Positions 1-11,300 of a stretch of 64,000 bases of DNA are shown piece by piece. How positions within the stretch are numbered: position 1 is the first letter of the stretch; every line of letters begins with the position of its first letter. A model generated the notes under the pieces. The model was given only the letters and a program-made list of their open reading frames with translations. It ran no database searches and was not told the origin of the DNA. Position numbers and translations under genes: made by a program. Source of the DNA: an uncultured delta proteobacterium (GTDB taxonomy: Bacteria > Myxococcota > Myxococcia > Myxococcales > Myxococcaceae); the NCBI GenBank assembly GCA_963771175.1, contig CAVYSY010000056.1, positions 116,960-180,959 on the forward strand, given 5' to 3'.

Positions 1-234
1 TCAGACGCCCCCGGAGCCATCGAGAGCATGAAGGACACCCGTGCCCGAGTGGCCTCGCCCGAGGAGATCAACGAGGGCCCGGCGACAGCTCCTTCCAAGC
101 GCATCCTGCAAGCCTTCCCCAGTTACCAGAAGACGCTGCACGGGCCGCTGGCCACCATTGAGTACGGGCTCGCCCCCCTGCGTGCGGCCTGCCCTCACTT
201 CCACGCTTGGGTGTCAGCCCTCGAAGCACTCTGA
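1..234 (+). CDS. DUF4276 family protein, C-terminal part (5' end outside window)
   Basis: Open frame from base 1. PEEINEGPATAPSKRI...YQKTLHGP...LRAACPHFHAW matches the typical DUF4276 C-terminus. Confidence 0.75.
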   Translation, partial: SDAPGAIESMKDTRARVASPEEINEGPATAPSKRILQAFPSYQKTLHGPLATIEYGLAPLRAACPHFHAWVSALEAL

Positions 235-256
235 GCCAAAGCCCTCGCCGCCCCTC

Positions 257-904
257 TCACGGGGCCGCGGTGGCGATCCGGGCCGAGCTCGACTCCGCGG
301 TCGCCGGCCCGCTCTGTCTCAACAGGAACTCGCGGACGGCCTCGTGATCCGGCTCGGTGGTGAGGAACACCTCCGGGCTCGCGTCCCGCAGCAGCCCCAC
401 GTTGAGCACGTGCTTGCAGTAACCCCAGTTGCCCGTGTCCCAGTAGCTGAGCCGCTCGTTGTAGACGGCTCGGCCCCACTCGCCGGGCGCCACGCTCAAC
501 AGCTCCTCGTACTGGTTGCCCCGCGCCATCTCCCAGCTCCACTCGTGCGCCCCCGGCAGGCCCATCCGCCCATGGTCGAGCAGCACCCGGACTCCCTCCT
601 CCGTCCGCTCGACCCGGAAGGCCTCCACCTCCTCGAAGAGGCTCCGACCGCTCCGGATCCGCGAGCCCTCCCGGGGCAGGAACTGGTTCCTCTCGGAGAA
701 GTAGATGTGGTGGATCCTCAGCGTGCCGTCCTCCGGGCCCAGCCACGCCTCGGGGAGCACCCGCGCCCGCGGCGTCGTATTGCGCAGCCGCGCTCCCGGT
801 CCCCCTCGCGACTCCTTCGTCCACTCGGTCGTGAGCAACTGCACGACCAGACCAGAGATGCCGGTGCTCGCATGGGGAGTGCGTCGGTTTCGGTGCCGAG
901 CCAT
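257..904 (-). CDS. Hypothetical protein
   Basis: ORF MARHRNRR... has natural composition with many aromatic residues (YNERLSYWDTGNWGYCKHVLNVG). No family recognised. Confidence 0.6.
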   Translation of the reverse strand: MARHRNRRTPHASTGISGLVVQLLTTEWTKESRGGPGARLRNTTPRARVLPEAWLGPEDGTLRIHHIYFSERNQFLPREGSRIRSGRSLFEEVEAFRVERTEEGVRVLLDHGRMGLPGAHEWSWEMARGNQYEELLSVAPGEWGRAVYNERLSYWDTGNWGYCKHVLNVGLLRDASPEVFLTTEPDHEAVREFLLRQSGPATAESSSARIATAAP

Positions 905-1156
905 GGTGTGACTCCCAGACGGGGCGATTCCCCAGAACGGACGAGGGGCCCCTGCCCTCGTGCTTCCCCGGGCGGACACACACCCGGCCCTCTCATGCAG
1001 GGACGAAGTATCCGCAACCCCAGCAATCCCGACGATCCCCCCTCGTGCTTTCCGGGCCGAGAAGGGCGCTCAGCGTCAGAGGCTCAACAGTGCGCCCCTG
1101 TCCCCGGCCCCGAGCCAGGTGGCGTGAGGCCTTGCTCGCTCCTGGCCGGCTCTAAA

Positions 1157-1873
1157 TCAAGGCGTCCAAAAGAGGGTGAGGAAGGGCTTGTGGCGCCGGA
1201 ACGCGGTCACCAGCGCGGTGAACGCGGTCCGCGCGGCGGGCGCCACGGAGGCGTCGAGCCTCAGGTCGCACCTGCGCCACACGACAACCGCGGGCTCGCG
1301 GGCTCGCGCACGCCACGTCTCGAGCGCGTCGTCCAGGCAGGACGGCCAGTCCACCGGGCCGAGGGGGCGCCGCAGAGGGAGGTCCACTTCGACGCACAGC
1401 CAGCGCACGAAGTCGGCCACGTCGGTGATGGGGGCGCTCGGCGCGAACGTGAGCAGGCGGTAGCGTGCGGCGTCCGCCGGCGCCGGGCGCAGCAGCACCC
1501 GCTCGACAGAAAGGCAGGCGCCACCCACATTGTCACAGTCAGCGACGAGCGTGCCCAGCAGGTGCCCGGCGGCACAGGCGAGGTTGGGGCCGGAGCGACC
1601 GCTGGGCCCGCAGCACCCGTCGGCCTCTCCCACGAAGGAGACGCCCTGCAGGCTGTCGTTCGCGACGAGCCACCCGCCGGAGAAAGCCTCGAGCCCCGGC
1701 AGCGGTTGCTCCTGGGGTGGGACGAAGAAGCCCGCGGGAATGGCTGGCCAGCCCGCCGCGGGCCGCACCAGGTCGGACGGCACGGAGAGTTCCTCCAGCG
1801 CTCCGGAGAGGGGGGACTCACACCGGGCGCACTGGAACTGCCAGCTCGAGTCTGACTTGGGACTCGACATCAT
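1157..1873 (-). CDS. Cys-rich Zn-binding domain fused to a barstar-like domain
   Basis: N-terminus has CARC, GCCG, NLAC..GH and DC. C-terminus ITDVADFVRWL...LDDAL..W...VVVWRRCD resembles barstar. GAGGA RBS lies upstream. Confidence 0.55.
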   Translation of the reverse strand: MMSSPKSDSSWQFQCARCESPLSGALEELSVPSDLVRPAAGWPAIPAGFFVPPQEQPLPGLEAFSGGWLVANDSLQGVSFVGEADGCCGPSGRSGPNLACAAGHLLGTLVADCDNVGGACLSVERVLLRPAPADAARYRLLTFAPSAPITDVADFVRWLCVEVDLPLRRPLGPVDWPSCLDDALETWRARAREPAVVVWRRCDLRLDASVAPAARTAFTALVTAFRRHKPFLTLFWTP

Positions 1874-1995
1874 AGAGGTCTCCTCACACGACATTCCCCG
1901 AGAGGGTGTCAAAGAATTTGAGCAGCACGACCCGGCACGACACGCGGCGGGAAATGGCTCTTCTGTAGCACCCGTCCACGCCGAGTCTCGTGCGG

Positions 1996-3612
1996 CTACC
2001 CGTCCTTCTCGCACAGCACGTTGAGCAGGACGTGCCGCTTGCCGGTGCGCACCAGCTCGAGCGCCTCGCGCAGCTTCCCGGGCAGCTCGGCCGGAGTCTC
2101 CGCGCGCAGACCGATTCCGCCGCAGGCCTCCGCCACCTTCTCGTAGTCCACCGGGGTGGCGAAGTCCGTCAGGGCGAAGCGCCCCTTGCGCACGCTCGTG
2201 CCCTCGGTGCTCCAGCCCTGGTCGTTGAAGACGATGACGAGGACGGGCAGCCCCTCGGCCGCCGCCACCGAGTGCGCGGACAGCGGCGTGTTGAAGAGGT
2301 ACGAGCCAGCCCCCACCGTCACCACCATGGTGCGCTCGGGCGCCGCCAGCTTCGCGCCCAGCGCCGCCCCGAGCGACCAGCCCAGGCCGTTCGCGCACGA
2401 GTTCTCGAACCACGAGTCCGGCCGGCGCCTCGGCACCATCAGCGGGTCCAGGTCGCCCTCATTGAAGAGGACCACGTCGTCCTCCACGAGCTGGCCGATG
2501 ACCCTCGACAGATGGGCCTTGGTGATGCGCGGCGCACTGGCGGCCTGCTCGGCCGTCTCGCGCGCCGTGCCGAACGTCCGCTCGTGCAACTGCGCCAGCT
2601 CGATCACCACCTCGCCCGTGCGACCCAGGCGCTCGGCGAGGGCTCGCAGCGTGGCGGCCGGGTCTCCCGCCAGCGACAGGTCCGAGGGGAACCCGCGGAA
2701 CGGAATGTCCGAGAAGAGCGGATCCACGCCAATCTGGATGACCCGCGTCGAGGCCGAGGGATTCCCGGACGAGGGACTCCACGGCACCGGGCACTCCACC
2801 GCGAGGATGAGGTCCGCGTCGCGCACGTGGGGCGAGGGGTCGAACCCGAGGTGGTGCGGGTGCTCGGTGGGGAAGTTGTAGAAGTTGCGCTTGCCGTGCT
2901 CGATGACGCCGATGCCCGCGCGCTCGGAGAGGGATTGGAGGGCCTCGGGGCCGCCCATGTGCCGCCCGAGGTCCGCGGTGATGATGAGCGGCCGGCGCGC
3001 CTCGCGCAGCCACTGCATGGCGAGCTCCAGCGACGTCTCGTCCGGGAACGAGGGCCGAGAGGGCGTCTGCCGGGCCCGGGGAGATAGCGCGGCCGGGGCC
3101 GCCGTCTCACACAGCGGCTCCTTGGGGAGCGAGAGGTACACGGGGCCCGCGGGGTCGCTCGCGGCGATGGCCAGCGCCCGGTCCACCACCGCCTCCAACG
3201 AGTGGGGGCCCTTCAGCTCGTAGTCCCACTTGGTGAACTCCCCGTCCTCGTACCAGGGGGTGCGGCCCGCCATGACCAGCATGGGCACGCGGGCGCGCCG
3301 CGCGTTGATGAGCCCCATGCCGATGTTCGCCGTGCCCACGTTCACGTGCACCATCACCGCCTGCGGCTTGCGCGACAGCAGCGCGTGTCCGTGGGCCATG
3401 ACCACCGTGGTGCTCTCATGCGGGCACTGCACGACGCGCAGCGCGAAACCCGGGGCATCCTCCAGCCGCGCCAACCCATCGATGATGGGCGTGAAGTCCG
3501 TGCCCGAGTTGGCGAACAGCACCTCCACCCCGCGCAGGGACAGCAGGCGCAGGAGCCGTTGCGCCGTGGTCTCCGCGGGCGCGGCGGCCAACAAACCTCT
3601 CTCGTTGCTCAT
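1996..3612 (-). CDS. Thiamine-pyrophosphate-requiring enzyme (acetolactate synthase / benzoylformate decarboxylase-like), apparently degenerate
   Basis: Motifs FANSGTDF, PHE, HVNVGTAN, TKWDYE, LGWSLGAALGAKLA and VFNDQGW. The TPP-binding GDG reads GAG. Confidence 0.8.
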   Translation of the reverse strand: MSNERGLLAAAPAETTAQRLLRLLSLRGVEVLFANSGTDFTPIIDGLARLEDAPGFALRVVQCPHESTTVVMAHGHALLSRKPQAVMVHVNVGTANIGMGLINARRARVPMLVMAGRTPWYEDGEFTKWDYELKGPHSLEAVVDRALAIAASDPAGPVYLSLPKEPLCETAAPAALSPRARQTPSRPSFPDETSLELAMQWLREARRPLIITADLGRHMGGPEALQSLSERAGIGVIEHGKRNFYNFPTEHPHHLGFDPSPHVRDADLILAVECPVPWSPSSGNPSASTRVIQIGVDPLFSDIPFRGFPSDLSLAGDPAATLRALAERLGRTGEVVIELAQLHERTFGTARETAEQAASAPRITKAHLSRVIGQLVEDDVVLFNEGDLDPLMVPRRRPDSWFENSCANGLGWSLGAALGAKLAAPERTMVVTVGAGSYLFNTPLSAHSVAAAEGLPVLVIVFNDQGWSTEGTSVRKGRFALTDFATPVDYEKVAEACGGIGLRAETPAELPGKLREALELVRTGKRHVLLNVLCEKDG

Positions 3613-3995
3613 GACTCTCCCACTCGGGCGATGAGGGCCAGGGTGCTCGGAGCGGTGAAGCGAGGACGGAGGACAGCACGCAGCGCGAGTAGCGCGTGTC
3701 GCCACACGGACGCGCGCATGGTGCCGCCATGTTCCACCGCGACCCCGATTCCATTCCAGACGCCCCATGCTCGCTCACGCACAAAGAACGCTCAACGTCT
3801 GGTTCTTCACTAAAATCAACTCCATCTCCGGCGCTGCGGGGCGCGTCGAGGTGGATGATGCGCTCGTTCACAGAGCGTTGCCCCTCGGGGACATCCAACC
3901 ATGGAGGCGAGCCGTCGTTCCCGCCCACTGGCCGATGTCCCTCCGCTGGCGTGAGCACGACATTGCCGGAGTCCTGAACCAGAGGGGGGACACAC

Positions 3996-5312
3996 ATGGA
4001 GAGACGAAACACCTTCACGGGGCTCCGTTGGGCCCTGGTGTTTGGAGCGTTGCTGGCCGCCTGCGGACCCGTGCCCGATACCGAAGCACCGGAGGACGAG
4101 GTCGCCCAGGAGGAGTCCACCGAAGCCACCGCGCAGAGGAGAGCGCCCACGCCCTCCGCGGATCCACTGCCTCTCGCGCTCTCGGGCCCGGCCGTGGCCT
4201 ACGGCGGGGGCAAGTTCCTGGTGGCGTGGTGGGACGTGCGGGAGGGCGGCGTCTACGCCACGCGCTTGAGGCCGGATGGCACGCTCGTCGATCCGGAGGG
4301 CATCCGGCTCAACATCGGCACCGAGGCCGGCGGGCCTCCCTCCATCGCCTATGACGGCAAGCAATTCGTCGTCGTCTGGGACGCGGGGGACACCATCGAC
4401 GGCGTGCGCGTGAGGCCGGATGGCGAGGTGGTGGGGCCCGTCTTCACCGTCCTCAGATCGGACGAGTTCTTCGGCCCGGTCGACATCGCATGCTCCTCGA
4501 AGCTCTGCCTCGTCACCTTCTCGGTGGAGAGCGACGAGGGCAGCGTCATCAACGCCCGACGGGTGACCACAGGCGGCGTGGTGCTCCCCGAGCTCGTCAG
4601 AGGAATCACCACTGGAGCCAGGCTCGTGGGGGAGTCGACGGTGGCCTGGAACGGAAAGAACTTCCTCATCGCCTGGACCGACTCGCGTGGCGGAGAGGCA
4701 ACGCCCGACATCTACGGCGCCCGGGTGAAGACGGATGGCACGGTGCTGGACCCCGGCGGATTCCCCATCTCCGAGGCAGCCGGCGAGCAGCGCACTCCGG
4801 ACGTCGTCTGGACGGGGCGGCGCTTCCTCGTCGTCTGGTCCGACGGCCGCGGCGGGGACCGGGACATCTTCGGAGCGCGCGTGCACTCCAGCGGGCGCGT
4901 GGACGACCCGGAGGGCGTGCCCATCGCCACCGGAACGGGGGACCAGCTCTTCCCGGCCGTCGCCCACCACAACTCGAAGTCCCTCGTCGTCTGGCAGAGC
5001 GACATCGGCGGCTTGAGTCGCATCCGGGGCGCGCGCATCCACGAGGATGGGACCGTGATGGATCCGGGCGCATTCGCCATCTCCAGCAGCGACTTCGATC
5101 GCGAGACCCTTCCGGACGTGGCCTACGGTGGAGGGCTCTTCCTGACGGCCTTCTCGGGCTCGGATTCGGAGGACCCCTCGGTGCCCGCGTTCATCCTCAG
5201 CGCGCGGGTGAACCACCAGACCCGCCTGCTGGACCTGAACACCCTCACCCGCTCGTCCTCGCCGCCTCCGGTGAGCACGAGCGCACCGGCCCGACTCACG
5301 CCACTGCGGTGA
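3996..5312 (+). CDS. Lipoprotein with about 6 tandem beta-rich repeats (propeller-like)
   Basis: Lipobox LLAAC. Repeat unit 'P.VA.gG..FLVvW.D.R...diyGARV..dG.vlDP.G'. Confidence 0.8.
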   Translation: MERRNTFTGLRWALVFGALLAACGPVPDTEAPEDEVAQEESTEATAQRRAPTPSADPLPLALSGPAVAYGGGKFLVAWWDVREGGVYATRLRPDGTLVDPEGIRLNIGTEAGGPPSIAYDGKQFVVVWDAGDTIDGVRVRPDGEVVGPVFTVLRSDEFFGPVDIACSSKLCLVTFSVESDEGSVINARRVTTGGVVLPELVRGITTGARLVGESTVAWNGKNFLIAWTDSRGGEATPDIYGARVKTDGTVLDPGGFPISEAAGEQRTPDVVWTGRRFLVVWSDGRGGDRDIFGARVHSSGRVDDPEGVPIATGTGDQLFPAVAHHNSKSLVVWQSDIGGLSRIRGARIHEDGTVMDPGAFAISSSDFDRETLPDVAYGGGLFLTAFSGSDSEDPSVPAFILSARVNHQTRLLDLNTLTRSSSPPPVSTSAPARLTPLR

Positions 5313-7141
5313 GCCCGGACTGAAGCTTCACCCCCGGGGCCGCTGCCCACCCGCTCGAGGGAGCGGCCCTGGCGCCCAGGACCAACACTGGAAGCGCAAG
5401 CGGGTGGATGAGGCGGGACTTGCCAATACCAGCCTCGCCGCGCAGCAGGACGAACGAGCCCCGCCCCTCCCGGGCCTCGTCCCAGAGCGTCAGGAGTCGC
5501 CGCAGCTCGGGCTCCCGTCCCACCAATGGCGTGAGCCCACCGGTCACGAGAGTCAGGTCGAACCGGACCCGGACCTCCCGCTCTCGCGCACGACACGGTG
5601 GACGGGCAGGAGTGTCAATCCCGTCAGGCCCTTGAAGGCACGCGGTTCGAGGGCCTCCGTCTCGAAGGCCCCGCGCACCTGCCTCCAGGTCGTCTCGCCC
5701 AGGCGCACCTCCCCGGGCCTCGCGTGGCGCGAGAGCCAGGACACCACCCGCGTGGCCTCGCCCTGCAAGGCGCTCCCGTCCAGGAGCAGGATGCCCGTGT
5801 GGAGACCCACCTTCGCTCCCAGCCCCGAGAGGGACAGGTGCGGCAGCCGCTCCTGGAGCAGCTCCGGCATGCCGTGGCTCAGGTGCAGCGCCGCGCGCAC
5901 CGCACGCTCCGCGTCATCCTCGCGCACCTGTGGGCAACCGAAGCAGGCCATCACCTCGCCCGCCACGTACAGGCTCACCTTGCCGCCGTGCCGCCGGATG
6001 ACCTCCTCACAGCCCTGCTGGAAGGCCGCCTCCACCTCCGCCAGCTCCTCGGCATCCAGCCGCCCCGCCATTCTCGGGAGGCCCGTGAGCTGACAGGAGA
6101 GCAGCACCAGGCGCTGACGCCGCGGAATCACCGGCCCGGATTCCTCGAACCCGGGCCCGACGAGGCGCGACCGCAGCTCGTTCAGCTCCCACCGGAGCTG
6201 TCGCGCCGAAGGGAGGCGCCGGGCCGGGTCCTTGGCCAGGGCGGTGGCCAACAGCACGTCCACCTCCGGCGGCACCTCCGGGTTGCGCACGCGCACCGAG
6301 GGCACCGGCGCCTCCGAGGTCACCCGCTCGCGCAGCTCCGCCAGCGTCGCCCCCGAGAAGGGCACCCCGCCCGTGAGCATCTCGTACAGCACCACGCCCG
6401 CGGCCCAGACGTCCGTGCGCGCATCCTGCGCCTCGCCCCGCCACTGCTCCGGCGCCATATAGGCCGGAGTCCCCGCCGAGGGCAGCCGCGGCGCGCTCGT
6501 GGCGCTGGCCGCCATGCAGATGCGACAGGCCGAAGTCCAGCAGCTTCACCGTCCCCTGGCGGGTGAGGAAGACATTGCCCGGCTTGAGGTCGCGGTGGAC
6601 GATGCGCCGCTCGTGCGCGTGCGCCAGGCCCGCGGCGATGCCGTCCAGCACCTCCAGCGCGCGCCGCACTTCCAGCCGTCCGCGCTTCAGCAGCGCGCCG
6701 AGCGACTGGCCCTCCAGGCACTCCATCACCAGGAAGGGGACTCCCGGCTCGTACGGGAATGCCCACCCAATCGGACACGTCGAAGATGCGGACGATGTTC
6801 TTGTGGTCCAGCCGGGCCACCGCCCGCGCCTCCCTCAGCGCCTCCTCCTCGAAGCCCGCCCGGGGCAGGAGGAACTTGAGCGCCACCTCGCGGTGCAGCG
6901 TCCTGTCGGTCGCGCGGAAGACCTGGCCCATGCCCCCGCCGCCCATCCATTCGAGGACATGGTACCTGCGGCCATCCGGACCCCCGAGCCACTCCCCGGG
7001 AATCGGCAGCAGCGGCAACGGCTCGTCCTGGCGCAGCTTCCGAAGGAAGGAGTCCTCGAGGTCCGAGGCTCCCCAGGAGGCACGCCCCGCGCTCGGGGGT
7101 ACTCCCCCGTGCTCGCCCTCCCGGCTGGCATTCCGGCTCAT
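5296..7141 (-). pseudogene. Truncated, frameshifted Ser/Thr kinase + cyclase-like + STAND ATPase paralog
   Basis: Kinase motifs (VALK, HRDLKP, DFG, APE) are split over three frames. A cyclase-like part and LVGRE...[10 protein letters not shown] follow, then homology stops. Confidence 0.8.
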
Positions 7142-7228
7142 CTCGCGCTCCCCTCTGGCTCCACTGCTTCAACCCTGGAGGGAGTGGCGAGGCCGAAGTT
7201 GTGAGCCCGGGAGAACGCGGGGAACGCT

Positions 7229-8227
7229 TCAGTGCCGAGTGACGCCCGGAGCGGGGGCCAGCATCCGGGGGCCCAGTCGGTCCCGGTTGTGCGGTGCCAG
7301 CAGGTCCACCGCGGGCCCCATCGGGATGATGCGCGAGGGGTTCACCGTGTCCTGGCTCCAGAAGTAGTGCACCTTGATGTGCTCGACGTTCGTCGTCTCC
7401 GCGAAGCCAGGCGTCTGGTACAGGTCCAGCAGGTAGTTCCACAGGTTGGGATAGTCCTGCAGCCGCGACAGGTTGCACTTGAAGTGCGAGTAGTAGACGA
7501 AGTCGAAGCGCACCAGCGTCGTATAGAAGCAGAGGTCCGCCTCGGTGAGCACCTCGCCGCACAGGTAGCGCCGCCGGTCCAGCACCTGCTCCCAGTGCTC
7601 CAGCGCGGTGAAGAGCTCCCGGCACGCCAATTCGTAGGCGCCCTGGCTCGTCGCGAAGCCCGCCTTGTACACGCCGTTGTTCACCGGCTCGTAGAGCGCG
7701 TCGATGGTCTCGTCCACCTGCTCGCGCAGGCCCTCGGGCCACAGCGTCACCGGGTGCTCCGCGAAGGCGTCGAACTCGGTGTCCAGCATCCGCATCAGCT
7801 CGCGCGACTCGTTGTTCACGATGGTCCGCTCGCGCGCGTCCCACAGCACCGGCACCGTCACCCGCCCCGAGTAGTGCGGGTCCGCTCGTTGGTAGAGCTC
7901 CCGCAGGTAGTGCGCCCCGTTGAGCTTGTCCTCGTCCGAGCGCGGATAGCCTCCAAATCTCCAGCCCTCGCGCCCCATGCGCGGGTCCACCACCACCACG
8001 CCCACCGCCGCATCCAGCCCCTTCAGCTTGCGCATGAGGAGCGTGCGGCTCGCCCACGGACAGGCATAGGAGACATAGAGATGGTAGCGGCCCGCCTCCG
8101 CCGGGAAGCGCCCTTCCCCGCGCGCGGAGACCCGTTCATGGAAGCGCGTTCGCGGACGCACGAAGCGTCCGGCCTCGTCCGGGACGTACCAGTCCGTACG
8201 CCACTCTCCGTCCACCAGCATTCCCAC
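7229..8227 (-). CDS. yqjG: Glutathionyl-hydroquinone reductase (Xi-class / omega-like glutathione S-transferase)
   Basis: GRYHLYVSYACPWA, TVPVLWD, IVNNES, NNGVYKAGFA, TLVRFD.VY..HFKCN. Confidence 0.9.
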   Translation of the reverse strand: MGMLVDGEWRTDWYVPDEAGRFVRPRTRFHERVSARGEGRFPAEAGRYHLYVSYACPWASRTLLMRKLKGLDAAVGVVVVDPRMGREGWRFGGYPRSDEDKLNGAHYLRELYQRADPHYSGRVTVPVLWDARERTIVNNESRELMRMLDTEFDAFAEHPVTLWPEGLREQVDETIDALYEPVNNGVYKAGFATSQGAYELACRELFTALEHWEQVLDRRRYLCGEVLTEADLCFYTTLVRFDFVYYSHFKCNLSRLQDYPNLWNYLLDLYQTPGFAETTNVEHIKVHYFWSQDTVNPSRIIPMGPAVDLLAPHNRDRLGPRMLAPAPGVTRH

Positions 8228-8325
8228 GAGAGCTCACCTCCGGTTGGGGAACGTTCGACACGTCGCGCCACGAGGACAACCACCCAGGCAGGCGGAGGAG
8301 CGGAGTCCACGCCGCACGCCAGCCC

Positions 8326-11300
8326 TCAAGGTTCGGCGGAAGATAGCCGGGGCGCCAGTCCCGGTCCGCTCGCCTGGAGTGCTTCCAGGAGCGCCCGCGC
8401 CTCCTCCGGTTGCTCCAGTTCCCGCAGCAGGCGGCTCAGGCTCTCCGTCACGCGCAGCTCGACGAGGCCGAGCCCCCGCTGACGGGCGAGCGCGAGGGCC
8501 AGGAGGAAGTGGGGCTTCGCCTCATGCGCCCGTCCATCCGCCCACAGCAGTTCTCCGTGCAGGTGGTGCAGCTCGACCTCGCTGTCGCGCTCTCCCGTGG
8601 CGTCCACCCCCGCCAGGGCCTCGTGCACCACGGCCAGTCCTTCCCGGACCCTCCCCAGCGTCAGGAGACTCTCCGCGAGCAGGTAGCCTTGAAAGGGCAA
8701 CATGCTCCGAAAACCCAGGCTCCTCCAGTCGTCGATTCCCCGCCGGATGAGCACGAGCCCCTCCCGAGGCCGCCCCAGCCCGGACAGGCACCAGCCCTGG
8801 ATGAGCCCCGCATAGGCCCGCAGCATCCCGTTGCCCTGCTCACGGGAGAGCTCGATGCTCCGCTCCACCCGCTCCAGGGCTTCCCCCAGCTCGCCGCGGA
8901 TGCGACAGCTCATGGCCGTGTAGAACAGCACGAGGCCCAAGGTCTGGGGATGGACGATGCGCTCGATCCATTCCACCGCCTCGCGGCCATACCGCCGGGC
9001 CTTGTCGACCTGGCCGAGCACCGAATAGATGACGGACGCGAAGGCCAGCGTCGCCGACCTGGGCTCAAGCCCCTGTCGTGTGGCCAATCGCCGGAGCTGC
9101 TCGAGCTCGAGCGGCAGGGAGGCCAGCACGCGCTCGGCGTGCTCGGCGGCGGCTCGCATCTGGCCGTAGGACACGAGGCTGCTGGTCATCATCCGGTGGC
9201 CCATGGAGAGCAACTCCTGGCTGTGCTGCCGCTCCCCCATGTCCACGAGCAGCCCTCCCAGCTCCAACGTCCGCTGAAACTCCGCCCCCACGAAGGCGTG
9301 GACCTGGAGGGACACGAAGCACAGCTCGGTTCGCGGCAACTCCTCGCCCACCTGGATGAAGAGTTCGCGGATCCGGGAGCACAGGCGCTCCATCTCGGGC
9401 GAGCCGTAGCCGTGCTGGTACGCCAGCGGGACGCCCAGGGCCATCAGGAGCTGCAACTCCTCGCGGAGGCGCCGCTCCGCATCCGGCAGGCCCGGCAACA
9501 GCTTCAAGGCCAGGGTGAGATGGTTCAGCGCTTCCCGGTACGCCATGCGCTGGTTGGCGAGCTGCCCCGCCCGGAACCGGTAGCGGATGGCGGGCTCGAC
9601 CTCCCCCGCCTCCGTGTAGTGGTGCGCGAGCATCTCCGGCTTCTTCTTCACCAGGTGGGGAAAGTGTTCCTCCAGGACTCGCGCGATATGCCGGTGGTGT
9701 TGCCGCCGCGTGCTCCGGGACAGGGACTGATACGCCGCGTCCTGGATGAGCGCGTGACGGAACTGGTACCCGGGCCCCTTATCCGCGCACGGCTCCGCTT
9801 GGAGCAGCCCCGCATCCACCAACCCGGCGAGCTCGCGCCCCAGCACATCGTCCTCCAGGTCCATCAGCGCGGCGATCAGCGCCCTCGGGAAGTCGCGCCC
9901 CACCACCGCGCAGAGCTGGGCCAGGGCCCTCTGGCGCGAGGGCAGCAGGTCCAGCCTCGCCAGCAGCAGCTCGTGCAGGGTGACCGGGATGGACGCCTCC
10001 GCCCCGCCCTCCAGCACCATGCGCGTCATCTCCTCGATGAAGAGCGGAATCCCGTCCGTCCTGCTCACCAGCCGCTGGACCGTCTCGTCCGGCAGCTCGC
10101 GGCCCTGGGCCACTTCCTTCACCAGCATCGCGGCGAGTCCGGCCGGCAGCCGCTCCAAGGCAAGCCGGTGGAACCAGGGATGCCGAGGCCAGTCCGGCTG
10201 CAGCTCCGGGCGGGAGCTCAGGACGACGAGGAGCCGCTCCTTCTCGATGCGCTCCAGGAGGAAGCCGAGGAACTCCAGCTCGAGGGAGTCGACCCAGTGC
10301 AGGTCCTCCACGACCAGCAGCACCGGCGCCTCACAACAGTGCCTGTGCAGGAGGATGCGCGCCAGCGCCTCGAAGATGCGCTCCTTGCGCCGCTCGGGCG
10401 TGAGGTGGTGCACCGGAGAGTCCTCGGGCACGGGCAGGGACAAGAGCTGGCCCATCAGGTGCGTGTCCTCCGTGGACAGCCCCAGCTCCCCGAGCCGCTC
10501 CTCCAACTTCCGCAGACGCTGGTGCGGGGAGTCCTCCGGACTGAACCGGGCCACGTCCTGGAGCAGCGCGATGGCCGGGTGCAGGGCGTGGGTGCTGAAC
10601 CGGGACCAACACTGCACGCGCAGCAGCAGGGCCGACTCCGGTGCCACGCGCTCGCACAGCTCCTCGATGAGGCGGGACTTGCCGATCCCCGCCTCGCCAC
10701 TCACCAGGACGAAGGACCCCTGCCCGCGCCACGCCCGCTCCCAGGGCTCCAGGAGCTGTGCCAGCTCAGACTCCCGCCCCACCAGCGGCAAGAGGCGCCC
10801 GGTCACGAGTGACTGATCGAACCGGGAGGTCACCCTCCGCTCGCCCAGCACGCCATGGGCCTCCAGGCGCAGGCTCCCCGAGAGGCCCTCGAAGACACGG
10901 GACCCGAGCGATGCGGTGAGGAAGGCTCCGCGCACGAGCTGCCAGGTCGTCTCACCGAGGAGCACGCCCCCGGGCCCGGCCTGTCGCGCGAGCCACTCGG
11001 CCACCCTCGGGGCCTCGCCCTGGACGGCCAGCCTTCCGCCGCCTCGCGAGCCCAACGCCTGCGCGCGCACGGTGACCCAATCGGTGTGGATGCCAGCTCT
11101 CACGACCAGGCCGGAGAGGGGCAGGTGCGGCAACTTGCGTTGGAGGGTGTCCCGCAGCTCCCGGGTGAGCTGGAGCCCCGCGCGCACCGCGCGCTCCGAG
11201 TCATCCTCTCGCCCCTGGGGACAGCCGAAGCAGGCGAGCACCTCGCCTCCCATGGACAGGGCCACGGAGCCGCCATGCTGTCCGATGAGCTCCGCGCTTG

